A stretch of DNA of 64,000 nt from positions 14,679-78,678 of the forward strand of contig JAFMIZ010000001.1 in NCBI GenBank assembly GCA_017853715.1, written 5' to 3'. Both the position numbers and the translations under genes were made by a program. This DNA is from Pedosphaera sp. Lineage in GTDB: Bacteria > Verrucomicrobiota > Verrucomicrobiia > Limisphaerales > DSYF01. The notes under the pieces are model-generated. The model was given only the letters and a program-made list of their open reading frames with translations. It searched no databases and was not told the DNA's origin. Below are positions 54,819 to 62,329 of this stretch, one piece after another. Positions within the stretch are counted from its first letter, which is position 1. Every line of letters begins with the position of its first letter.

Positions 54819-55667
54819 ATGACGGAACACGCCACACGGAACTCGGCTCCCTATCGCGGCCGCATCGCGCCGTCGCCGACGGGGTATTTGCACCTCGGCC
54901 ATGCCCGGACGTTTGGGATGGCACAACAACGAGCGCTCGAACACGGCGGCAGTGTCATTCTGCGCAATGACGATCTCGACCGCGACCGCTGCAAGCCGGA
55001 CTTCGTGCAGGCGATGTATGAAGACCTGCGCTGGTTTGGTTTCGATTGGTCCGAAGGCCCGGACTGCGGCGGCCCGTTTGCGCCCTACAATCAAAGTGAA
55101 CGCATGGCACATTACTGGGCGATGCTGACGAAGTTGATTGAGTTGGGCGCGATCTATCCCTGCACCTGTTCCCGCAAGGACATCCAAGCCGCCGCCACCG
55201 CCCCGCACGCCGCTGATGACGAATCGATCTACCCCGGAACTTGTCGTAGAAATCGCAAATCTGACATCGCAAATCGTAAATCGAGCTGGCGTTTCCACGT
55301 CCCCGATGGCGATATTATTTCCTTCACTGACGCCAACCTCGGCCTGCAGCAGTTCATCGCCGGCAAAGACTTTGGCGACTTCTTGGTGTGGCGGCATGAC
55401 GATGTTCCCGCCTACCAACTCGCCTGCGTCGCTGATGATGCCGCCATGCAGATCACCGAAGTCGTGCGCGGCGCCGACCTGCTCGTTTCCACCGCGCGGC
55501 AACTACTCCTTTACCGTGCGCTCAATCTGCCTGCACCAAGTTTTTACCACTGCCCCCTGATGACGGATGGACAAGGCATTCGCCTGGCCAAACGCCATGA
55601 CGCCCTCAGTCTCCAACGCATGCGCGACGAAGGGCGCAGCCCCGAAGAGATTCGCACAGGCTGGTAA
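54819..55667 (+). CDS. gluQ: Glutamyl-Q tRNA(Asp) synthetase (truncated GluRS paralog)
   Basis: HIGH-type motif RIAPSPTGYLHLGHARTF and VVRGADLL. Only 282 aa, with no anticodon-binding domain. Confidence 0.85.
   Translation: MTEHATRNSAPYRGRIAPSPTGYLHLGHARTFGMAQQRALEHGGSVILRNDDLDRDRCKPDFVQAMYEDLRWFGFDWSEGPDCGGPFAPYNQSERMAHYWAMLTKLIELGAIYPCTCSRKDIQAAATAPHAADDESIYPGTCRRNRKSDIANRKSSWRFHVPDGDIISFTDANLGLQQFIAGKDFGDFLVWRHDDVPAYQLACVADDAAMQITEVVRGADLLVSTARQLLLYRALNLPAPSFYHCPLMTDGQGIRLAKRHDALSLQRMRDEGRSPEEIRTGW
55244..55283. repeat. Degenerate AAATCGN heptamer array (5 units), copy B, inside the gluQ coding sequence
   Basis: TCGTAG AAATCGC AAATCTG ACATCGC AAATCGT AAATCGA. Translated in frame as RRNRKSDIANRKSS in a variable loop of GluQRS. 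Confidence 0.75.
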
Positions 55668-55762
55668 TACCCATTCTGAACTCGATATTTACCGCGGAGA
55701 CGCAAAGCGCAGAGTGGAGAACGATTTTCGTCTCCCTGCACCTCTGCTTGTCCGCAGTTAAG

Positions 55763-57258
55763 CCCCTGCAATTCCTGATTAGCTGAGTTCCAAATCCACC
55801 CCCCAGCCGTTGCGAATGAGGTGAAAGCTTGCAAAAGATGGTGAATTATTTTCTGCGCGTTTTGTCTGAAACGCATGGCTGCCATCACCAAGAAGACACC
55901 CGCCTCAAGCTCCAGTTCGTCGCCAACACCGACCATTCCATCCACGCCGGACTCGTCGTCGTCGAGGCCATGGCTCGCCGCTTCGACCTCTGGCGCAAGC
56001 TGGGCAAGCTCGCTTGCCTGGATCTCCGCAAGGACAAGAAACGCGGCTTCGGCCCGGAGGTCATCGTCGGCCAGTTGATTTATGCCCTCTGCTCCGGCGG
56101 CGGCTGCCTCTCCGACAGCGAGGCGCTCAATGATGATCCGCTGGCACGCGAACTCTTCGGCGTGGGCAAATTCGCCGACCAGTCCCAGGTCGGCGAATGG
56201 TTGCGCGAACAATCCGGCGAAAGTGTCGCGGCGCTGCGCCAGTTGCTACACCAGTTCGTGGCGTGGGTGTGGCAGCAGGCCGAACCCCGGCGACAGCCCC
56301 AAGGATGTGAGCGATCAACTCCTGCCCATGCTCGAACGCAATTGTTTCCTCTGGAAGGAAAAGGCAGCGCACTTCTACGCCGACAGCAGGAGCAGCCCGG
56401 GCGTTTACCTGAAGGCCATCGCCGCCGTGGCTGGCACTACACCGTGAGCTACAACAAGTGGACCGGCCCGCTGGAACGCACCGCGCAAGAGCTCCCCGCG
56501 CTGAGTTGGAAGGAGAACGGCAACGCGCACCACGCCTTTCTGCGTCATCAGCCCGAGGGCCGGACCGGGGCGCAGTTGTTTGCGGTGAGCCGGCGACGGG
56601 ACGGTCTCTTCGACCACTACGGTTTCATCGCCTGCTACGACGGGCAGACCGATGCGGCGCGCGTGGGCGAGCGACATCACCTCAAAGGCGACAAGGAGCA
56701 GTTGTTCAGAGAAGTGCTGAATGGGCTGGACCCGCACCGTTCGCCGCGCTCGGCGCTGATCGCCAACCAGATCTATTATCTCATCGCGGCCCTGGCCTAC
56801 GACCTGATGGTGCCATCAAGTTGCTGGACTTGAATGACGACTGCCAGGGCTGGCGGATCAAGACGCTGATGAAGAAGCTGGTGATGTTGCCGGGGCGGAT
56901 GGGGCGGCGCTCGCGGCAATGGGTGGCGCGGGTGCTGGTGCCCGGCGCGTGGTTGTGCTGGTGACAGCGGTGGGCGCAACGCGTGTGGCCGATGAACGGA
57001 CCGGGACGTCCCCGGCTCGTCGCCGCCAGCGGCTGACGCCCCGACTGAACCGATTGCGAGCCCGCTCCGTCCCGCAGAGACCGGACGCGGCGGAGCCTTG
57101 CCTTCCAGCCCGCGTGCCCCCCGGAAAAATGCTGTCCTTCGGCGCAGTGGGCAGCCCTCGCACCCCGCAAGAGACAATCTTCCCTGACACTCCTGCTGAC
57201 GCCTTCCGTTCCACACCTTCAAACCGTCAACCCCATTCTCATCGTAATCATTGAGGGG
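55763..57258 (+). mobile_element. Degraded IS1380-family (DDE_Tnp_1_4-type) insertion sequence
   Basis: The transposase N-terminal pattern (LKLQF...HAGLVVVEAM...LSDSEALNDDPLAREL...FADQSQVGEWL) and C-terminal pattern (HHLKGDKEQLF...IANQIYYLIAALAYDLM, KLLDLNDDCQGWRIKTLMKKLVMLPGRM) are split over at least 3 frames, and the central catalytic region is mostly missing. Possible imperfect terminal inverted repeats CCCCTGCAAT...GATTA (55763) and TAATC...ATTGAGGGG (57258). The boundaries are tentative. Confidence 0.6.
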
Positions 57259-57310
57259 AGATCACGCATTTCCGACTTGAACAAACCGCAGGCGTGCCGT
57301 TTTTGGGCGC

Positions 57311-58102
57311 ATGAACGAGTGGTTATCGGTCATCATTCTTGGAATAATCGAAGGAATCACTGAATTCCTCCCCATATCCTCCACGGGCCACCTGCTTTTG
57401 GCCGGACAATTCATGCCCCGCCGGAGCGAATTATTTGTGGTCGTCATTCAATCGGGAGCGGTTTTGGCAGTCATCCCCCTGTTTTGGGACCGCTTCCATC
57501 AATTCCTCTTCAGATGGCGGGAGCCAGCGACCCGCAATTACCTGGCTAAAATACTCGCGGCATTCTTCCTCACGGGCGTGGGTGGTATGGTCCTCAAGAA
57601 AGCCGGACTTGAACTACCCGAAACCGTTTGGCCCATTGCCATCGCGCTGATAGCCGGGGGCATCGCGTTCTTGTGGATCGAGGCAAAGCTGCGTGGAAGG
57701 GCATTGAAGGGAGACGTCACTTGGACCATGGCGCTGGCGGTGGGTGCTGCGCAACTGGTGGCTGGGGCATTTCCGGGAACCTCGCGGTCCGGTGCATGCA
57801 TCCTGCTGTTACTGCTGCTGGGATTAAATCGCCCGCTCGCGACAGAGTTTGCGTTTCTGGTGGGTATCCCGACGATGCTGGCTGCGGGCGGCTATGAAAT
57901 CATCAAGGCCCTGGGCCAAGCCGGAGCTGATGCAGCACCCGAAAACTGGTCGCTGGTTGGCTTGGGATTTGCCAGTTCCGCCATCGTTTCATTCATGGCG
58001 GTAAAGTGGCTGCTACGCTACATCCAGACGCACACCTTCATTGTATTCGGCTGGTATCGGATCGCGCTGGGATTGCTGGTGCTGCTGCTCGCTTTACGTT
58101 GA
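57311..58102 (+). CDS. uppP: Undecaprenyl-diphosphate phosphatase
   Basis: IILGIIEGITEFLPISSTGHL and PGTSRSG motifs. 263 aa, polytopic. Confidence 0.93.
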   Translation: MNEWLSVIILGIIEGITEFLPISSTGHLLLAGQFMPRRSELFVVVIQSGAVLAVIPLFWDRFHQFLFRWREPATRNYLAKILAAFFLTGVGGMVLKKAGLELPETVWPIAIALIAGGIAFLWIEAKLRGRALKGDVTWTMALAVGAAQLVAGAFPGTSRSGACILLLLLLGLNRPLATEFAFLVGIPTMLAAGGYEIIKALGQAGADAAPENWSLVGLGFASSAIVSFMAVKWLLRYIQTHTFIVFGWYRIALGLLVLLLALR

Positions 58103-58104
58103 GG

Positions 58105-58650
58105 TCAACGCGAACCATCGGGGATGACGATCGTTTGCCCCACTTTCATGCTGTTCGCCTTCAAGCCGGGGTTGGCCTTCAATACATCTTCAACGGTCAC
58201 ATCCACCTTTTCCCGGCGGTACGCCGCCACAATCGCGGACAACGTGTCGCCCGATTGAACGGTGTATTTGAAACCTGATGCGGCGGGGGCCGATGGTTGG
58301 GCGGAGGGCACGGGCGCAGCCGCCACCGCCTTCGACGCCTTTTTGATCTCCGACAAAATCAACTCCCGGTCCGCCTCGCGTTTGCGATCCACTTCCTTGA
58401 GGCTGTCAGCCAAAGCCTTCAGATCATCCGCACCGGCATAATTGCCTTGAGGCTTGGCCATTTGGAGCCGCAGCTCCTGCATCTCCTTCAAGGCATCCGC
58501 CAGGCGCTTTTGCAATTCCACGTTGGCCGTTTGCAGGGCAGTGAGCTCGGACCGGAGGCGGTCAATCTGCTCCTGAGTGGCAGCATCCTGTGCCCGCAAG
58601 ACCGGTGTGAAGGTGACCAGCAACAGACCAACCAGAAAAAAGCGTTTCAT
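58105..58650 (-). CDS. Secreted coiled-coil protein with a C-terminal LysM domain
   Basis: Signal peptide MKRFFLVGLLLVTFTPVLRA, a heptad-rich middle region, and LysM (YTVQSGDTLSAIVAAY...VGQTIVIP). The Met at 58650 is preferred over the ORF-track start at 58770. Confidence 0.85.
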   Translation of the reverse strand: MKRFFLVGLLLVTFTPVLRAQDAATQEQIDRLRSELTALQTANVELQKRLADALKEMQELRLQMAKPQGNYAGADDLKALADSLKEVDRKREADRELILSEIKKASKAVAAAPVPSAQPSAPAASGFKYTVQSGDTLSAIVAAYRREKVDVTVEDVLKANPGLKANSMKVGQTIVIPDGSR

Positions 58651-58726
58651 GCCGCGACAATAGAAACGAGCGGGAAATCCCGCAAGTGTTGTGTGGCAGG
58701 AGTTACCCACACTCACGCAACATCCG

Positions 58727-60061
58727 TCAGGCGGTAGGTGCCGGGGCAATGAAGAGCTCCGAGCCATCAAGATGGCTCAAGATCATGTCAACCGTGCGGA
58801 GGATGGCCCCTTGGTTCTGTTGCACCACGGCGAGGGCATTGCGCCCGAGTTCCGTCCGGCGCCCTTCGTCGCCCAGCAGCAGCGCAAACGCCTGTTCCAA
58901 TTCTTCACCATTCTTCACCTGACAGGCTCCGCCTTGGGCCACGAATTGGGCGGCAATGTCCGCGAAGTTTTGCATATTCGGGCCGAACACCATCGGTTTG
59001 GCCAGCGCACCCGGTTCGATGGGGTTTTGCCCCCCCACGGCGGTGATGCTTTTGCCGACAAAAATCAACGTAGCCTGAGCATAAAAATAACGAAGTTCGC
59101 CAGTAGTATCCACCAACAGGCAATGCAATGAACCGGCGGGGTGTCGCGTGCGAGGCGTCATCTCGCTACGATAGGCAAGATCAACCCCGAGTTGCTGGAG
59201 TTCGCGTCCGACCTCACGCGCCCGCTCGAAATGACGGGGAACCAGCACGAGAAACAAATCGGGGAAGCGCTTGCGCAACCGCTGGCAGATGCCGGCCAGC
59301 AAAACCTCCTCGCCCGCATGCGTGCTTCCCGCCACGAGAACCGGGGCGCCAGCGGGCACGCCACATTGGGCCAGGAGCCCGGGCACATCCAATCGCCGCG
59401 TCTGGTCTACCTTGGCCGCGTCAAACTTGAGGCTGCCGACGACATGGATGGCCTCCGGACGGCAGCCTAATTCGCGCAATCGCGCCGCATCCGCCTCGTT
59501 TTGGGCTCCCACCGCCGTAAACGACGCAAACAATTGCCGGAACAAAAAGCCATAACGCTGGTAACCGCGAAACGAGCGCTCCGACAGGCGCGCGTTCACG
59601 AGGAAAACCGGGGTTCCCCGATCGCGCAGGCGCCAGATGAAGTTCGGCCAAATTTCCGCCTCGACTAAAATCACCGCATCCGGCCCGATCGTATTCAGGG
59701 ACCGGGCAACGCAGCGCCAGCGATCGATCGGGTAATAGAACTTACCGATGTGGGGGGGGAGGCGTTTTTGCAACTCGCCCATGCCGGTCGTGGTCGTGGT
59801 GGACACCATGATCTTGACGTTGGGCAGGCGCGGCTCGAGGGCGCGGATCAGTTGAGTGCAGACGTTGACTTCACCGACGCTGACCGCGTGCAGCCAAAGC
59901 ACGTGGCGATTGGAGAGCGATTGCTTGGTTTTGGCGTCAAAACTTCCGAAACGCTGGCCGAAGCCCTGGGTCCAATTGCCACGGCGCCGCATCCGCATGA
60001 AGTAATACGGAGCGGCCAGCCAGAACAATATCGTGAAGAGAATGTTGTAAACCGTGCGCAC
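58727..60061 (-). CDS. waaA: 3-deoxy-D-manno-octulosonic acid (Kdo) transferase
   Basis: N-terminal TM (VYNILFTILFWLAAPYYF), WLHAVSVGEV motif, GT-B fold, about 444 aa. The GTG at 60061 is proposed as the start, because the ORF-track extension to 60538 overlaps the upstream permease gene in another frame. Confidence 0.85.
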   Translation of the reverse strand: MRTVYNILFTILFWLAAPYYFMRMRRRGNWTQGFGQRFGSFDAKTKQSLSNRHVLWLHAVSVGEVNVCTQLIRALEPRLPNVKIMVSTTTTTGMGELQKRLPPHIGKFYYPIDRWRCVARSLNTIGPDAVILVEAEIWPNFIWRLRDRGTPVFLVNARLSERSFRGYQRYGFLFRQLFASFTAVGAQNEADAARLRELGCRPEAIHVVGSLKFDAAKVDQTRRLDVPGLLAQCGVPAGAPVLVAGSTHAGEEVLLAGICQRLRKRFPDLFLVLVPRHFERAREVGRELQQLGVDLAYRSEMTPRTRHPAGSLHCLLVDTTGELRYFYAQATLIFVGKSITAVGGQNPIEPGALAKPMVFGPNMQNFADIAAQFVAQGGACQVKNGEELEQAFALLLGDEGRRTELGRNALAVVQQNQGAILRTVDMILSHLDGSELFIAPAPTA

Positions 60062-60135
60062 AATGTCCCAATCCTGGGGTGATTTTGGGCGAGGACGGGT
60101 TCCCGGAAAAGGAAAAAGCCCTGCGCCGATCCAAA

Positions 60136-61380
60136 TCAGCGGCGAAAGAATAAGAGCCACACAATCAATAGCATTGGGAGCATGACCGGCAGCGTGAATC
60201 GCAGGACATAACCGAGGAAGGTAGGCGTGCGGACCTTTTGATGATCCGCAATGGCTTTGACCATGAAATTGGGGCCATTGCCAATGTAGGTGTTGGCCCC
60301 AAAAAACACGGCACCCACGCTTATGGCCACCAACAAGGAGCCAAATTCGGGCGTCTGGACCATGGATGCCAAGACGGCCGGGTTGCTGGCCCCCTCGCCC
60401 GCCGAGGCACTCAGGAAACTTAGATAGGTCGGCGCATTGTCGAGGACACTGGAGAGCGTGCCGCTCCCCCAGTAAAACAAGGCCGGAGAAAACCCGCCCA
60501 GTTTCCCGGAATAATGAGCCGCATTGTTTTGCAGCCAATCAAGAGCAGGCATCATGGTGCAGAATATCCCGATAAACAAAATGGCCACCTCTTGTATCGG
60601 GTGAAAGGTGAAGTGATTAGCCTCGTGGATATCCTTGCGAGTGGTAAACCATGAGCCCGCGGCGGCGGCCAACATCAGAGCCTCACGAACGAATATCGGC
60701 TGGCTGATGAACACAGCCACCAAAATCACCGCGAGAAAGCCGACATTGCCCATTCCCCGGAATTTGAATTGGTCCGGCGACTCAGCCACCTCCCGCACGG
60801 CCTTCGGAGCGCGCAGATAATTGCGCCGATCAACGACATAAAACATCAGGAGCAAAACGCCGATGCCCGTCACCCACATCGGCCAGCAATGTTCCGCCAC
60901 CCACCAAAACGGGACCCCCTTCAGATACCCCAGGAACAAGGGCGGATCGCCAATCGGAGTGAGACAGCCGCCCACATTGGAGACCACGAAAATGAAAAAC
61001 ACAATGTGGTGCGCCGTGATACGATACTTGTTCATCCGAATCCACGGACGGATCAGCAGCATGGATGCGCCTGTGGTGCCGAGAAAATTTGCGAGCACAG
61101 CTCCCAACAAGAGGAACCGAACATTTTCAAACGGAGTCGCCTCCCCTTTGACGGTGATATGAATGCCCCCGGAGACCACAAACAAGGAACCGATCAAAAC
61201 AATGAAGCTGACGTATTCATGCGCCACGTGAAGCACGCGTTCATGAGCGTGGAGACCAAACAAGTAGTAAACCAGCGTGATCGCGCCGAGGGCCAAGGCC
61301 ACTTTGGGATAATGCCTACCCCAAGCCTCGGCGTTTACCAATGGCCCCAAAGCAATAGCCCGAAGGGGATCATCATCCAC
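60136..61380 (-). CDS. ArsB/NhaD-superfamily ion transporter (annotated-type: sodium:proton antiporter / citrate-transporter-like)
   Basis: 414-aa polytopic membrane ORF with blocks GATGASMLLIRP, GGCLTPIGDPPLFLGY and GANTYIGNGPNFMV. GTG start as given in the track; the exact start is uncertain. Confidence 0.7.
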   Translation of the reverse strand: MDDDPLRAIALGPLVNAEAWGRHYPKVALALGAITLVYYLFGLHAHERVLHVAHEYVSFIVLIGSLFVVSGGIHITVKGEATPFENVRFLLLGAVLANFLGTTGASMLLIRPWIRMNKYRITAHHIVFFIFVVSNVGGCLTPIGDPPLFLGYLKGVPFWWVAEHCWPMWVTGIGVLLLMFYVVDRRNYLRAPKAVREVAESPDQFKFRGMGNVGFLAVILVAVFISQPIFVREALMLAAAAGSWFTTRKDIHEANHFTFHPIQEVAILFIGIFCTMMPALDWLQNNAAHYSGKLGGFSPALFYWGSGTLSSVLDNAPTYLSFLSASAGEGASNPAVLASMVQTPEFGSLLVAISVGAVFFGANTYIGNGPNFMVKAIADHQKVRTPTFLGYVLRFTLPVMLPMLLIVWLLFFRR

Positions 61381-61667
61381 GGGCTGGGGTTCAATAAATG
61401 ATCCTCCATGCGCCGCGGAAGCTAGGAACGCGCTTTATCCTGGTCAAACTGAATCCAGCTGAGGCTGGCAATAAAGGCGTAACCCTCCCCCCTCCGCGGA
61501 ATCAAAACGCCATCAAGGCGGAAGGAAGAGGGCTTAATCGCTGAAAGCAGACGGCTACCTGTCACTGGCAAGACCAGGGCAACCGTCTGCAAGAGTGGAC
61601 GTGGGCGCCCACGACTGGAGACGGTGGCCCAAGGAATGAATCGTGATGGCGATGAATCGACCGGTTT

Positions 61668-62000
61668 TCATGCGGCAATCAATTCACGCGTTTCAGCCAA
61701 GATCGCCGCCTGACGACGAGCCCGTCGCTTGGCCATCGCCACCTTCTCCTCGAACAACGCCGGGAAGAACAGCAAAGGATACGCCGTCGCCCAAACCAGG
61801 CCCGCCGCTTCATTGGCGGCCCGTCTGAGTTCGATTCCAAGCGTCGCCGTTTCCGCATTGGCCAATCGCTCCCGGAGCAACCGCTGGTTCAGCCGCTCGA
61901 ACTCGTTTTCCAAGACGGCCCGGAACGGCGCGGGCGGCAGGGGATTCACCTCGAACCGGGTTTCCGGTCCGAACACGGTAGGGACTCTATTTGCATTCAT
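61668..62000 (-). CDS. Hypothetical protein (110 aa), no family recognised
   Basis: Clean ORF with protein-like composition (helical, LNQRLLRERLANAE...VWATAYPLLFFPALFEEKVAMAKRRARRQAA). Preceded by a structured leader that carries a terminator. Confidence 0.55.
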   Translation of the reverse strand: MNANRVPTVFGPETRFEVNPLPPAPFRAVLENEFERLNQRLLRERLANAETATLGIELRRAANEAAGLVWATAYPLLFFPALFEEKVAMAKRRARRQAAILAETRELIAA

Positions 62001-62044
62001 GTTCTATGCTTTCTTTTTCGCCGTGGCTTCTGCCGCGTCGCTCA

Positions 62045-62078
62045 ACAAAAAACCCGCGATTGTTTCTCAATCGCGGGT
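62045..62078 (-). terminator. Intrinsic terminator located 45 nt upstream of the 110-aa gene start (leader terminator)
   Basis: Minus-strand RNA reads ACCCGCGATT-GAGAAAC-AATCGCGGGT (a perfect 10-bp stem, 62078-62052) followed by TTTTTG. Confidence 0.75.
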
Positions 62079-62140
62079 TTTCTGTGAAATCGTTGTTACT
62101 TCGTTTTAGGTATCCAAACCTACTTCACCAGAAAACCCGC
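62045..62140 (-). promoter_or_regulatory. Candidate terminator/antiterminator expression platform (riboswitch or attenuator, class unknown)
   Basis: GCGGGTTTTCTG (RNA from 62140-62129) is perfectly complementary over 12 nt to CAGAAAACCCGC (62084-62073). That second segment includes the 5' arm of the terminator, so the two helices are mutually exclusive. Confidence 0.5.
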
Positions 62141-62329
62141 CACCGCACTGCCAACGAGACGTAATAAACGTCGCGCGATGGGTGAGCGCGGAGCACTTGA
62201 TTGTCTGGACCATGTTCTTCATTTCAACGCGGCCATTAAACACCATCAAAGTGCCTTTGTCAAACCGACCGCTCCGTTTGCATTTTTCGTGCCTTCCCCT
62301 GCATTCCAAGTTCAAATGAACGGCAACAA

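Noticed and set aside
60062-60538. N-terminal extension of about 160 codons on the Kdo transferase ORF (ORF-track start 60538).
   Set aside because: It overlaps the 3' end of the upstream permease gene in another frame and has no homologous content. The conserved WaaA N-terminal TM begins right after the GTG at 60061.
62106-62222. 38-codon ORF (MKNMVQTIKCSALTHRATFITSRWQCGGGFSGEVGLDT) overlapping the upstream arm of the antiterminator, as a possible attenuation leader peptide.
   Set aside because: There is no Shine-Dalgarno-like sequence and no run of a single regulatory amino acid. I cannot exclude it, but a ligand- or protein-controlled RNA switch is at least as likely. The longer track ORF (62106-62441) runs antisense into the Hsp70 gene.
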